Positions 22,972-37,843 of a stretch of 64,000 nt of DNA are shown in pieces. Below the pieces are notes generated by a model that saw nothing but the letters and a program-made list of their open reading frames with translations, searched no databases and had not been told where the DNA came from. The position numbers were made by a program, and so were the translations under genes. Position 1 is the first letter of the stretch, and every line of letters starts with the position of its first letter. Origin of the DNA: Paraspadella gotoi (Eukaryota > Animalia > Chaetognatha); NCBI GenBank assembly GCA_051294375.1, contig CM119264.1:14968682-15032681 (forward strand). The letters run 5' to 3'.

Positions 22972-24783
22972 CCTTTGTCCAGATCGACGTCGTTATCGTC
23001 GTCTTCGTCATCATCGTTATCGTCGTCGTCGTCGTCGTCGCTAATTAGTTCACCTGAATCGTCGATGACGAAATTCATCTTCGTCTGCATCACAAAAGCG
23101 ACGACGTCAATTTCATCGTGAAAATATGGGCGGAGACGCGGAGAGAGAAAACGCGTGGAGGTCGTGGGAAGGAGGCAGGGAAGGAGGAAGGGTAGGGGTA
23201 GGGAAAGGGTGGGGAAAGGGTAGGAGTTCGAAGGGCAGTGAAGGGGACGAGGGGGGTGATAATTAAGGGGGAAGGGGTTAGAGCATAAATGGAAGTAGAG
23301 CTGGTTGAGATTAGAGATGATGATGATGATGATGATGATGATGACGATGATGATTGACGATGATGATTGATAATGATAATAATTACAGAGGGTTTAGTGC
23401 AACGAACTCGGGAGTGATATAATTTTCCGGCCCGAGAAGGGAGGAAGGTTCGCAACTTTTCTTTTCACTCTTCGCCACAAAAAAGAATGAGTGTCAGCGG
23501 AATCTAATCCGTTGAAATAATTTTTCCCTTTTTTCATTTGAATATTTTTTTTTTCTTTCCCAGACCAAGGTTTTCATCTCGTTAATTTTTATTCTTTTTA
23601 ATTTTAAAATTCAAATTAAGAGTGTTCTAAAGTTGAGAGGCTTTAATTATTTCTTTTGCGAATCACCTTGAGTCTCGTTAATTTCCCTTACAACGAATAC
23701 CGATCGGTTTTTTTTTCATGAGGCTGCGCTATTGTTTATTATTATTGCATAGGTAAAAAATAATAAATAAAACTAGACGGTTTTGTTTTACGATTTTGTT
23801 CAGAATATGTGGGCCTGGCTGAATAAAGGTACCATATCAGACTGACTTATTTATTATTAGTATTATTACGTGGAAACCACCTTTTTTCCTATTCTATTTC
23901 TAATTCTACAGCTGAGACGAGATTGATGAATATGAAAAAGAATGACTTTAGTCATTTCAGCTCAAAATTGAATAAAATCACAAACCAGAGATAAAATTGT
24001 CTCATTCAGTCACGTGACGAGATCTCACTCGCCCCAAAGAAAAATAAAGAAAAACTGGGATTCTCGATAAAAACTGAAAAAAAAAAAGCGAGAGAAGAGG
24101 GAAGGAGAGAATAAGAGAGAGAGAGAGAGAGAGAGAGATCGAGAATTGATAGAACGGAGATGACGGGAGGAAATGAGAGAGGAGATGGAGAGAGAGGAGA
24201 GAAGAGAGAGAGAGAGTTAAAAAAAGAAAGGAAAGGTTTTCTCGCATTAACATGATTCCCTGTTCTCGATGCGCAAGGTCGACCATCGTGTGATGGGGAG
24301 GAGTGATGAAGGGAAGTAAAGGGAGAGAGAGAGAGAGAGAGAGAGAGGAAGATTCGGTGAATGGGATGGCTTTCACGTGAAAGGTCACCTTGGCCGTTAA
24401 CCGTTAACCACGAACTATTATCATTTTCATATCGATTCTTCTTTTCAATGGAGAAAAGAGAATCCATAAGTAGAGGACGAGGAAGAAAAGAAAAAGAGGA
24501 TGATGAGGACGACGACGACGACGACGACGACGACATTTACATCTCGGGTCAATAAGGGTTCCACAGCACCCACGTTTTGCAGAAACTTTTCCATTTTTCA
24601 GCTATATAAATTTAGTTTTCGATTGTATTTCGAAGACTAAAAAATAATTTATTACAATTGTTTACGTATTTATTTTTAAATTTTTAAAATTACTGTTTAT
24701 ATTTATTTGAAATTGGTACAACCAAGATAAAAATTATTCATTTATTTACAAACGAAGGTATCTTGCCCCTGACATTTGATAGG

Positions 24784-25070
24784 CTATGGAAAGGCTATGG
24801 TGGGTTAAGACTTTCACCCTTCTCCATCACTGTTTATTTACTATGGAAAGGCTATGGTGGATTAAGACCTTCACCCTTCTCCATCACTGTTTATTTACTA
24901 TGGAAAGGCTATGATGGGTTAAGACCTTCACCCCTCTCCATCACTGTTTATTTACTATGGAAAGACTATGATGGGTTAAGACTTTCACCCTTCTCCATCA
25001 CTGTTTATTTACTATGGAAAGGCTATGATGGGTTAAGACCTTCACCCCTCTCCATCACTTTTTATTTACT
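24784..25070 (+). repeat. 57-bp minisatellite, 5 copies
   Basis: Unit CTATGGAAAGGCTATGRTGGGTTAAGACYTTCACCCYTCTCCATCACTGTTTATTTA starting at 24784, 24841, 24898, 24955 and 25012. Confidence 0.95.
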
Positions 25071-26635
25071 CCTAGACTAGAGTACTTGTCTTTCCTATCA
25101 ATGAAGAGATATGATATTTTTCAACTGTTTCAATTGCGTAAAAGGACCACTCCCTCAAGTACATCAGTTTAAGAGAAAGAGCTAAACAACGAAAGAACCA
25201 AAATATGAATGGTTAATAAAAAAAACTATATCCTATTGCGATGAACACCTAAATAACATAAATAAAGATCACGTTAAAAAACTCATGACCAGGGTATGTA
25301 AAAGAGAAAAAAGACAAATATCTAAAAAGCGTTCGGAAGAAGTAAAAACAGAATAAAAAAAGACAGAGATAAAAGTTAAAAGCTTTCCGAAGTCTCGGCT
25401 GCAAACTATACTTGTACATATTAAGTATTACATTTTTCCAAAATTTATGTTCATAGCTATTTATTGGGTATATTTTATACAAATATTAAAAGACATGAAC
25501 TTGGTACAACCGTCCTAGAAATTATCCATTCATTTAATAAACAAGCTATCCTGCTCCTGACTTTGGATAGGCTATATGGTTGGTTTAACATAAGCAGAAA
25601 TACACAATGACAGATCAAGGACCAAAAACCGTGTGACTTAGTCTCGGAAGCGACAGACAAAATAAAAAAACGGAAAAGAAAAGAAAAAACCGATAGATAA
25701 AAGGAAAACAGAGAGAGAAACAAAGACAAATAGAACTAAAAGCAGAAGTGGGTGAAAATGTAAACAGGAAACGAGAACGAAAGACGATGTCAACACCGAC
25801 GAGGAAGTCGACGACTACAACGACGATGTCGACGACTACAACGACGATGTCGACGATGTTACTTCCATGTCCATCTCTGGGCTGCCCGATGCTTTACCCG
25901 TTAATGGAGTTCGACATTTATGATAAAAACCTTATCTGCCTCATCGTCAGAGTAAAAAAAGTGAGAGTGGCTTCGGCCATTTCCTTCATGATTAAAATAA
26001 TTTCATCTTCGCAACAAAAAAAAAACAACTTCTAATCTTCTATTTTTAGATCGCAGTGGGACATAGAGGTTTCCGTTCAATAGTTTCTGTTCAAATCATC
26101 GTTTAAAGAATTATTATGTACGTTTAATTCTTTCTTAAACTTTTTTATCATTTATATTTTCTATATTTTCTATTTTCTCACCTTCGTTACTTTTCGATTT
26201 TACTTCTTTTTTTCCTTTTTCCATCTTTCTTTGTTTCTTTGTTTCTTTGTTTCTTTTTTTCTTTGTTTCTTTCTTTCTTTCGTTTCTATCCTCTTTTTCA
26301 CTTTTCATTTTCTCCTGTTCCTTCTCTTTTTTTCATTTTCCTTTCCCCTTTCATTCCCTGTATATTACCCCATCTCCAAAGCATCTCCATTTACGATTCT
26401 ATCTTCCTCTTCCATCTCTTCCCACCGTCACCGCGCCAAATGTCGTCTTTCCTCTTTTCCTCCTTTTTCCCCCCGAAATTGTTTCATCGGAGAAACAATT
26501 TCCCGACTTCTCTCTGCCTCTTAGAAGTTCAGAAGGCGAAGCCTAATGCTCATCCATGCTGCAATTCCTGCTTTACTTAAAAATGTTATGACTGCCCATT
26601 CGGTCGAGAAAGAGGGAGACGGAGAGAGAGAGAGG

Positions 26636-26689
<54 letters not shown>

Positions 26690-27008
26690 AGAGAGAGAGG
26701 AGAGAAGAAGAGAGAGAGAGATGAGAAGAAGAGTGAAGAGAGAAGAGAGAGAGAGAGAAGAGATAGTGAATGAGCTAGAGAGATAAGGAGAGGAGAGCGA
26801 AGAAAAGAGAAAAAGGCAAATGCCGGAGTTAATGAAAAACCTTTTAGCCAGACAAAGACGCAATAGACGAGCTTACGATTCCGTCGTCGCTCAACGTTTG
26901 TTGTCGTGATTTTTTTTTTTTAGTATTTTAATTATTCTTTTGTTTCAGCCAATCCTCTGGGTTTTTATTTTGTCCCTATTGGTTGGGCTTCTGTTTTGTC
27001 ACTTCAAT

Positions 27009-27130
27009 TTTTTTAGCTTATATTTCACGAATATTTTTTTATGTACTATGTTAAATTCTTTCATTATTTTTTTTAGCTTATATTTCACGAATATTTTTTT
27101 ATGTACTATATTAAATTCTTTCATTATTTT
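27009..27130 (+). repeat. 60-bp tandem duplication
   Basis: TTTTTTAGCTTATATTTCACGAATATTTTTTTATGTACTAT(G/A)TTAAATTCTTTCATTA occurs twice. Confidence 0.9.
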
Positions 27131-28949
27131 TTTTGGAGTTATTATTTCTTTTCTTTTTTTCATTTTCATTTCATCTTTCTCACCATGTTCATTTTATTTA
27201 TTTTTTTCCTTTCTTTTTTTTATCCAATGGGAATTCAAGTCTCTCCCCCCCCCCCACAATTCTTTCCTTCCCAATCTCTTTTTATTAAATAATCTCTCGC
27301 GGGTGGATTCGCCGACGTAAACAAAAAACAAAACAACAAAAGATAAACAAAAGATAAAGAATCGAAATCGTCGTCGGCAGCGACGGTTGTTTTTTCGAGT
27401 TGGGGCTCCGGACGTGACGAAAACATCGAGGAGATCCGGGATTCCGCCTTCCCTTCCTCTTAACTCGCCCGTCACGACCCAATCGCCTCACCTCGTCCTC
27501 CAAATCCCAGCCTAACTTACCCTCCATCCATCGCTCTCCCATTCCCTGCCTCCGCGCTCTTTTTCATCTCGCCGCGTCAAATCTTAATTCCTCAATTACT
27601 CTCAGATTTTCCCACCGAACTCTCGGCTCGCTCTTTTTCCAACTCATCTCGGTACTGCTTCGTCTTTTCCATAAGATGTTTTCATCGTTTTAATGTCGGT
27701 TGGAACTTGTTTTTTACCTTTTTTTTATTTTGTTATTTTATTCGTGTTATACATATCTAGGTATACATTTAGACGCCAATTTCTTCTTTCTCGCTATACA
27801 AACATTTTAATAAAGTATGGGGTAGTTTTTTTACGGGAAAACGTAGTAAAACGTAGTAATAAAAAAGCCACAATGAAAATTACATAAGCGGACAAAAAAT
27901 CAACGTCAGAACCGAGGAAGAAAAAAAAATATCTGCTTGTGGCGGATACGCAGATACGATCGCTGACAGACGGACAATTATAAATGGAAAAATATAAAGA
28001 CCGCGCGCACTTCCCGAATGACAGAAAGACAGACAATTATCGTGATAGTTGTCGTTGTCGTCCATGACGGCGTCAACGGCGGCTGCGTCGGCTGCGGCGG
28101 CTGCGGCTGCGGCTGCGGCAGCGCCTTTCTCTCTTTCTCCCTCCCTCCTTAAAATTCTGTAAGACAAAGCGGGGAAGCAATAGACTCGCCAATCATTTGC
28201 CCGAGGCCAACCGTGGTGAAAGAGAGGATCGGGCGGAAGGAGGTAGGGAAGGAGAAGGAGGAGGAGGAGGAGGAGGAGAATAATGAAGAAGTAAGAAAAG
28301 AAGGAGAAAGAAAAAACATTTGAAAATTTGGCCAAAGTAAATATGTAAGAGTATAAAGTATAAAGTAGAAGACAGAAGACCTAAGCAGAAAAAAAAAAAC
28401 AGTACATTAAATGAAAAATGTTTTTAAAAAAAAATGAATGGGTGCAAGTTACGAAGGAGGAAGTAGGAAGAGAAAGAGAAATGGAAAGACAGAAGCAGAA
28501 GAAAAAAAATGAGAAACGTAGAACCTGGAAACGGATCGATGCTCGCGGAGGAGGAAAGGATTAGAAAGGAGAGAAGGAAAATAGGAAAAAGGAGAATAGG
28601 AGATGGGAAAGAGAGGATAGGAAAGATAGAGAATAGAGTGGATATGTTATAAAGAGAGGGGAGGAGAGAATGGATTTGAGCAGAGCGAATAGAAAGAACG
28701 GATAGAAGGTCCTGGCGGAAAAAAAGTGGGTATTAGGGTAATAAAAAGTGGAGCGAAAGATGTAAAAGTCGTCGCGAAAGAGAACGAGATCGGAAAAACG
28801 AGAGAGAGGGAAGAGAGAGAAAGAAGGGATTGCGTAGAGCAGGGATTTATTCCTGCCAGAAATTGAGAGAGACTAGGAAACGCGCGCTGGGAATTGGCGG
28901 GGAAATTCGCGTGATTGAGAATCTGAAAACTCGTTGGAAAGAGAGATAG

Positions 28950-29029
<80 letters not shown>

Positions 29030-29258
29030 GAGCGTTGATGGAGCGAGAGAGAGACGCAGGAATGGTGGATTGAGAACAGTCAGCGAGAGAGGTAAGTATT
29101 TAGTCGAACAAGGGAAAAGCGGCAGCTGCGGATTACATTCTCAAATCCCTTTATGTTTAAAAAATGAGAGTTTTATGAACCGGCGCAAAGCGGTTTCTCC
29201 TTCAACACTTAATTTAGAAAAATTGACCAATCTTTTTAATATTCATGATCCTGCCCTG

Positions 29259-29301
<43 letters not shown>

Positions 29302-29581
29302 ACCTCTCTCTCTCTCCTCTTCCTCTCTCATCTCTCTCAATCTCTCTCTCTCTTCCCTCTCTCTCTACTCATTCTCTCCTCTCTCATTTTCGACTCCACA
29401 TACCTTCTCCGCCTCTCTCACTCTAAAGCGATTTAATTTTCACGTCAATCATGGATCTTCATAAAGTTTGATGATGGAAATTCAATTTTTCATCAATAAC
29501 TTTTTTCAACCGGTGCTTCATTCTCCAACTCGGCCCCCCTTATGAACGTCATCAAGTCAACCAACGAGAGAGAAAGAGGGC

Positions 29582-29618
<37 letters not shown>

Positions 29619-29645
29619 CGAGAGAGAGAGAGAGAGGAGAGAGAA

Positions 29646-29688
<43 letters not shown>

Positions 29689-31849
29689 TAATAGTACTTA
29701 CTTCCCTTAATCAGAAAGATAAAGGGAAGACTCCCTGAAAAAAAATCATAAAGATTTTAAGCGTCTATTTTATATAGAAAAAAATATTTTCACACTTTTT
29801 TGGGCCTCTCTCTTCTCTCTCTCTCTCTCTTCCTCTCCTCTCCTCATCTTCTCTTCCTCCCGTCTCTCTCTCTCCTTTCTGCTCCTATCTCTTGTCGTGT
29901 CAAAAAAAAAATCCCGAAGATATCCAAAAGTGATGATCTCTTTTGGGCGACGAGGGCGAAGCCGAAGAGACGTATGGCGTGATTTGAGGATAGGGGTTTC
30001 CGAGCTCGTATAAGGCAGTGGAGGGAGGCGGGACGCGAACGATGAAAGGATCGTCGAAGAAGTTCCTAACCGAAAGTGAAGAAGGAGCGGCGAGGTGATA
30101 GGAAAAAGTAGGACGAAACAAAGGTAGGGGCATTAAGGTAAGGCGAGGGTTCAACGGGTCGCCGAGAGTGGCGCGTTGATTCTCATCCTTAAAAAGGAGT
30201 TAATCCCTTCCGCTTTTTGTTTTCCGCGTTTTCCCTCTTTTCATTTTTTTTTTTTTTTTTTTTTTTTTTCCTTTTTTTTTCTTTTCCCTTCCTCGTTTTT
30301 CTCTTTTTTCCTAACACGGTTACAGCTTCGGTTTCGTTATTTTCACATTCAAAATGTTCTTTTTTAACATCACGTATTATGTTTCTTATTTTTCTCTTTT
30401 CTCTCATTTCGTTCTTCTTCTATTTTCCCCTGTATTCTCGACTTTCTTTTCTTTTGTCTATTTACTTTTCCTATCTATCTTCTTTCTCCTCCCTGCCTCC
30501 TTGTTTCCTCCTCCCTATCCTCCCCTTTTTCTTCTCGCTACTCGCCCTTCCTCTCTTTGTCCTTCTCTCCTCCTCGAGACAACGGATCAGGCATCGACAC
30601 AGAAATCCTCTAGAAATCCTCACCTCTTATTTTCGATCTCTTTCGGATCTCTCGTTTTCCGGAAGTGAGACTCTTCTTCTTCTCCTTCTCTCAGTTCCCC
30701 CCTTTCTTCTCTTTCCTCCTCTCTCGATGTCCTTCCTTTTCCTATCTTTATTATTTTTTTTTGCATCCCTGTTCAATAATTTCTTCTACGTGCGGAACTC
30801 ACCCGTTTCTTCTTGAACAAACGCTGAATTCGGTAGCAGGCGTCTTTTCACTTTCCCCTTTCCCTTTGACTTAGCCTTTGCCATTGCCCTTGCCTTTGAC
30901 TTTGCCCTTGCCTTGTCAAATTAATAGTGCAGACTAGAGTAGGTTGATGTCACGAACGACTCTCTTTCTCACGACGAAACTTTTTACTTTTAATTTCGAT
31001 CCGATAATAATTTTTGCCAAACGACCAATATTTCATGTCGAAGTCCGGTAGTTTAATTTGTTGTAATATTTTCAAAAAATACTTATCTGTATTTGCTGTT
31101 TCACCCATTATTCTTTTATCCCGATTCAACCACATCGTTTTTTTCGCCTTCACTCTCTTTTTTTTTTTTTTTGTATCCACTCTTATTCCGAGAAGAAATC
31201 CCCATTATGATTCTGCCAGTGGTCGGAAACAGCTCGGGAAATTACGCTTTGAATTTTCGAAAAAACCGTCACCGTTTTTTTTTTTTTTTTTGGAAGCTGA
31301 CGCTCGGTTGTTGTCCTGAGAGGCGGCAGAGAGGGGAGTCGGGGGGAGTCGGGAGGGGGGGGGCAAGGAGTAGAAGCTCTTCGCGTTTCCAAAGAAGAAT
31401 TCCTATAAAGTTCGTCTTCGTTTTCAAAACGCAGAGTTTTTCCGCTACTAAATACTTGTAGTTTTTTAATCAGCGAAAGCTTAGCAAATTTTTTTATTTG
31501 CTTCCTTCGGTCTCAAAAAACTCTTTCCCAAATTTGAATCAAAAAAAGAGCTTGGATTGTTTTTCAGTTCACATCATGTTAGTCAACATGATGGTGACTT
31601 TGCCTTAAGGCCAACTGCAATGGACATACATTAATAAATATGCAAGCGTACGAACACGCTAAAAAATTCCGCCCTGCGGGACAACTTCCAAGAACAAAGC
31701 ACAACAGAAGAGTTGGCAAGTCTCAGTTTACAAACGGTGATGTAGTAAAGGCAACCAGTGTGGCGGAATATTAATTCGAAAGAAAATTAAAAAATACGTG
31801 AATAAAAAAAAAAAAAGAAAGACACTTTAAATTCTTAATGCGGAGCGGG

Positions 31850-32442
31850 GGCCGCGCGTTTTTAAATGCATGTATTAAATATTTTTATAGATAAATATAG
31901 ATTTATAAAGAAAGTAATCCCATATGTGAAAGGTAAAAAGAAGAATCGGGTACAAAGAAGGACCTTTCAAGAGCTAGAAGCAAATGGGACAAAAAACATT
32001 TTTAAAAATTCTGCAAAACGAAGATGTGCCGTTCAGCCTCAAAATTTTGGGGAGTTGTGTTTTCAAAAACTGCTCATGGTCATAAAAAATTATGAATGGG
32101 AAATATGTATTTTTTAAAAGAGGAATCCTGCGTGTAAACTAAAAAGAAAATCGGTCCGTGTAAGTCAAGAGCTATAGACATCCTAAGCACACGCGTTAAA
32201 ATGCTGAATTTCCTTCTCTCTAAGCTCTATTTGAATAGTTAATTTTAAAAAAAAATTATTGCGTACAAACGGATATTAACAATTTAAACTAAATTTGCTA
32301 CAATAATATATTGTAGGCAAATATAATGGATATTAATTACTTATAATTCTTTCATAAATAAAGGAATCTAAAAAACAGATTTTTTGGCACAAGATGTCTT
32401 ATTTGGTGTCCTATTTTTTTTTTTTTTTGGACAGAACTGTAT
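31850..32442. mobile_element. Tc1/mariner-like MITE fragment (right end only); copy near 38500-39060
   Basis: Ends GGTGTCCTATTTTTTT...GGACAG(A/G)ACTG|TA, a CAGT..-type TIR with TA; internal AAAATCGGT...TCAAGAGCTATAG repeats. Left TIR not found, so the left boundary is approximate. Confidence 0.45.
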
Positions 32443-35400
32443 AACTGTATAACTTACAAATATATATAATGTATATGTATATATATATGGTATAGTTTCA
32501 CACAATAATCCGCAGTTTAGCATTATTATACTCCCAAACAGCTCATAAAATATTTATATATCTAGGATGAATCCAAAATTGCGGGAATGGCGAAGTCAAT
32601 AAGTTATAACTTTTTCTCGTCTTTTTTTGTGTCCGTCATCGGGTCGTCGTCCATCGTCCGTCATCGTTCCATCTAAATCAAAATTCTTGAAATAATTTCC
32701 GTTTTATCGACGTCGAATCAAGTCGTGGTGTTTATCGCCGTCGCTAACCGAATAACTCTTAAACAACATTGATTCTCAGCAAGCGACCTAATTAACGACG
32801 ATTAGTTCGTTTAATAATATATTTTTGTCAATCGGATTTAATCTAATGCGCCAGGGCCACTGTAATGCACCGACGTTAACGTTACGCGTGGCATCGAAAG
32901 CGGTTTACCTGAAAAAAAGTTAATTAAAGGATTGTACTTCCGGTGGGGATGGAATGGATAGGTAGTGGGAAAGAGGCCTGGAAACGAAGGGGTTGCGCCT
33001 ATAATGATTTATACTGCGGCGGCGGGATGTGTGTCTTGCCGGCTATTGCGTTGTCTGTTGCGTGGGTCTGCTGTGTCTCCACTGTTAAAATATTATAATA
33101 TAATGCTTGAATCGAGATTATCATCTTTTTGTATCTGTATATTGAATCGTAATATGTTAGAATCGATATTTCTTCAATTTCGAAAGTGACGGACATGATT
33201 TTTACTTGATCTTTCTTGTTATCTTATGGTTGATAGTTCTATATTCTCGTTTCTTACTTTCTGGTATCATAAATTCTGTTGTGGGTATATCCTCTGGTGG
33301 ACAGGTGTATATTTGTATGATGTATGTTATGTTAGTAGTAGTAGTATTATTGTATGATTTGTTAAGTTATTTGTTATGTATTGTATGTTTTATTGTTATT
33401 TGTTTATTGTTTATTGATTTTTTTGTTTTAATGTTATTTGTTTTATGTAGATGTATGAGTTATTTGTTGTATTATTGTTATTGATGTTTATTGTTATGTT
33501 ATTGATGTAGTAGTTTATTTATTTATTGTTAATTTATATGTATTGTTATTGTATTTTGTTATTGTATATTATGTTATTGTTATTTTTTGTTTTTATGTTT
33601 TTTTTATGTATTTTTTGTATATGATTTTTTTTTTATTTTATTTTAATTTTATTTTTTTGTTTATTTTTTTTTGTTAGTTTAGTATGTTATTGTTTATTTT
33701 TTTGTTTATGTTTATTGTTATGTGTTTATGTATTATGTATGTTTTATGATGTATTTATGTAATGTATTGGTATTTTGATGTATGTTAGTTATGTTTGTAT
33801 GATGTTTTTTATTTGTATGTATATGTTTTATTGTATTGATATATTTGTTATTTTGTTTTTCTTATTTTTTTCTTTATTATTTTTATTTTTTTTTTTTTTT
33901 TTTTTATTTTTTCTTTTTGTTTTTTTAATTTATCTAAAAAAAAAAAACTTTTATCTTTAACTTTTTGGTGCTTCATTCTTGTTTCATTTCGATGTTCGGG
34001 GCGAGAAAGTGAGCAAAAATAAAAAAAGCGTCGTCGAGGCGAAACTCAATTCGTCGGTCTCCTTTCACAATAGATGTCAAAAACTCACGTTGAAAAAGAT
34101 CGATTCTCTCATCAAACAAACAATGAGGCCTCCGCCCTCTATCTCTCTTCTGTCTCCTCACTCTCCTCTCTCTCTCTTCTCTCTCATCTCTCTCTCTCTC
34201 CTCTCGCTCTCTCTTTCTCTCATCTCTCATCGAGTCTCTCATCTCCCTCTCTTCTCTCTTCTCTCTCTCATCTCTCTCTCTCCTCGCGTTCTTCTTGAAT
34301 TGAGGCATTGAGTCAACGCCATGTACGAGAAGCAATCAACTTTTTGCCAAGTTTTGTTTTTTTTTCAAATTTCTCGTCTGTTGGTTTTTTCTTTCTCTTT
34401 ATGTTTTTCTTTCAAATTTTCCGCCATTTTCGTCTTTTTTTTCCTTCCCATTTCCACAAATTCTTCCTCCTCTTCTCTCCTCATTTTAGTTTTCCTTTTC
34501 TTTACAGCTTTTTTTTTTTTTTAATTGTGCGTCTTCCTTTTTCGACTTTCTTTTCTCTTTCTCCTTTCATACGCCTTCCGGTCTTTCCACGCTTTCCAGT
34601 TCATATGTTTTGTTTCCCTTTCTCCTTACTCTCCCATCTTGTTCCTTTCACTTCTCCTTTCCTTTTCCTTCCTTTCTTCCGCCCTTTCCCCTTCTTTTCT
34701 TCCTCCCTTTTTTTTCGTGTCCGGCGGACGCCGTTTTTCCCCCCCCGCCTCTAATCGGCGGTCCTCCATCTTCTTTCAAACTTTCTCCTTCCTTCTTCTT
34801 ACCGGTTCCTGTTCTCCCTCCCCTTCCTTTCGTATATCTTTCCTTATCCTATTCAGAGGGTCTTTTTTCTTTCCCTTCCTGATGATTTAGAATTCTCCTC
34901 CCTCTCGCCTTCCCCCCCCCGTTCAGCTTGTTCTTTTTTTTTCTCTTTGCCTCAAATGACCTCCTCTCTCCCCCCCATCGCACTGCGCTCCTCTTCCCCT
35001 CACCTTTCTTTTTCTTTTGTTAAAACTCCTCATTCAATTCCCACGAATAAACGATCTTCCCTGCCCTCTAATTATTTTTTATTTTCCTAGATTTATTAAA
35101 GTATTTTAAACAAAAAAAATATAAATAAATACTTTTAATACTTTCTTTTTTTTTTTTAATTTTTCCTCTCTCGTCCGCCATCTTCATAGTCTTTTGTAAT
35201 ATTTCTTTTCTCCTCGCTTTCCATCTTCTTCCTTCTTTTTTTTTTTTTCTTTTCTTTTCCTCCTCTTTCTCTCCATTTTTTCTCCTTTCTCCAACTTCCC
35301 TCTCCCCATCACTTTCTTTTCCCTTCTTCAAAGACGTTTTGTTTTTTCGGGTGGCGGACAATTGACTGGCATCGCCAGCCGTCCGTCGTCGGCCGGCCAT

Positions 35401-35761
35401 TTGTTGTTTTGCGTTTTCTGTTGTTGTGTTGTTGTTTTATTGTTGTTATCGTTAGTTTTAGTGCCGAAGAAATAAACGGCTAGCAATCTTCATGATCTTT
35501 ATTTAATAACTCAAGATTTCGAATTAAATATACAATGTTTTTAAATCTTAACCAATATTTTTTGACTCGTTTCTTCTTTTCTCTAAATTTCTCTTTTTTT
35601 CTTCTCCTACTTTCCCTCCACAACGTTTCCCGCCCCCTCACCCCACCACGCAATTATGGAGTCTGGCGGTCTTCTTCGAGAAATCAATTAGATTGATGTA
35701 AGTTGGAAGCTGAGTCAAAATCAACATCGGTAGAACACGGTACAAGTTTCTCTTCTCTCTC

Positions 35762-35796
<35 letters not shown>

Positions 35797-36764
35797 CTCT
35801 CTCTCTCTCTCTCTCTCATCTCTCTCTCTTCTCTCTCGCTCGCAGCATCCAACCAGTCCGTGGCGTTAAGTCAACATTCGGGACACGGTACATTTAAGAA
35901 CGACTCTTCCTAGGGAAACTGCAATCCTACTATCTTAGTTCCCGCTCTCTCTCCTCCATCTCTCTCTTCTCTCTCTCTCTCTCTCCTCCCTCATCTCTCT
36001 CTTTCCTCTCTCTCTTCCTCTGCTCTCTCTCTCTCTCTCTCTCTCCTCTCTGTATCTCTCTCCGTCCTCTCTCTCTTTTCCTTTTAAAAAATGCGATTGC
36101 TCCAAAATTAATTAATGAATTCGTTATGCTTTTCTTCAGAAAAAACTTTTTCAAAAAAAAAAGTTATATAATATATATATACGTATATATATAATGAATA
36201 TCTCAGACTAAATTTTCCAAATCGCATCATGAAATGAATCCGTAACTCGAATCAGTCGGTGACGCTTAAAACAAAAAAATATTCGAGAGGAAAACTTCAA
36301 AAACCGAAAGGAAGCTAAAAAAAAAATAAAAAAGTTTGTTGAAAAAAAGAAAGCTTTTTTCGATGGCAATTGAAATCGTCATGGAAAAAAGTTTGAGATA
36401 AAAAACTAAAGTACGAACGAGGGGGAAAAAAGGAAGGGAAAGTTAAAAAAAAAAGTTGAACGATAAAAAAAATTCTCGGTCGACCTTCCTTAAAAAAAAA
36501 AAAAAGAAGATTCACGTACAAAAACTTGGCTGACGGAGTAAAAGAAAAAAAGTCAAAAACAAGCGAAGTAAAAAAAAAATATGAAAACGGACTGCGAACG
36601 GTCCGTCTCCTTCGTCATAAACAAATAAATAAAAAAAGAACAAGCGAAAAAAAAAGTGAGAAAGAGTCGTTTGGGAAGAGGAAGAGGAGGACGAGAAGAA
36701 GAATAACTACAACGAAGTGAATACAACGGAGCGAGGACTGACGAACGCGACCCGACGAAAACAG

Positions 36765-36964
36765 ATGGCGACTGCGGACGGCGATCGACGCCGAAAGAGA
36801 AAACAACGAGCCGCAAGATGTCTCCCCGAGAAAAGAAGAGGCGGCGGTTTTAGTTCGCGGCTTTGCTCTTTTGTTTCTCACGACGACCACAAATCTGGCG
36901 GCGGTAAAAAGTCTTCAACAAAATCGTCGCGTGGCCGCCATCGGCTCCACCGTTCACCTTCAAG
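36765..36964 (+). pseudogene. Indel-containing duplicate of the Ig gene exon 1 (likely assembly duplicate)
   Basis: Near-identical to 45592-45783 including the AAG|GTGAGA donor, but with frameshifting indels. Confidence 0.65.
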
Positions 36965-37014
36965 GTGAGACGAGAGAGAGAGAGAGAGATGAGAGAGAGA
37001 AGAGAGAGAGAGAA

Positions 37015-37062
<48 letters not shown>

Positions 37063-37843
37063 ACGCATCAGGGGTCTTGGCTAACCTCAAATGTTGTAGT
37101 TTGTTTCGTCCGCCGTTTCTTCCTTCTTCATTAAAAAAAAAGAAAAGAAGTTAATTCGGAGCGACCCAACGAAGATTAATCGGTTTTAATCGAAGGAAGG
37201 AGTTCAAAGATCTCAAAGTTGTCCAACAATATAACCACCGTCGACTTTGAAATTTCCGATTCCAAACTTCAATCTTTATTATTTTCTTTAGTTTTAATAA
37301 CATTTTTTTAATTTTTTTTTTAAGAAAGAAGAAGGGGGTGTGTGGACACCGATCGAATTTATATAAGAAAAGGTCTTTTACTGGGGGCCCATAACTTAGT
37401 ACGGGTTGTTAGAGAGTATTAGGGGCCCTGGGAGGACCCGGCGCCGATCGTCGGTCAGCGTGAAATGCCGGAGCTTGCCCGTCTCTTTTGATGGGGGGGG
37501 GCCGGAGTGGAGGAAGAGATAACGGGCTTAGAGGGGAAGAAAAAATGGGATACAGGTGATCAAAAATGATTGTGGATATGGCTGAGGAGAGAAGAAACGA
37601 CGTGTAGAACACACTTAAATATAAACGAACGAGAGGAACTGAGGTGATAAAATGAGTGATTAGAATGACAATACAATAGATATCAAATGTGGCCTAAGCT
37701 CTCAAATTGTGTAATTTCGAATCTTTGGAGTTTGAATTAGTTAAAGGACTCCGGATTCCGTAAATAGGGCGTCATAAAAAATTGATAAAGACGGTGATGA
37801 GATAGCGACGACAGATCTNNNNNNNNNNNNNNNNNNNNNNNNN

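Noticed and set aside
24784-25070. CRISPR-like regular repeats
   Set aside because: Units are contiguous near-identical repeats with no unique spacers, no cas genes, and the context is eukaryotic.
33020-33945. Striking C-depleted T/G/A low-complexity stretch
   Set aside because: The duplicate block has normal sequence at the equivalent position (about 39570-40050); it looks like a low-quality segment of a raw long read.
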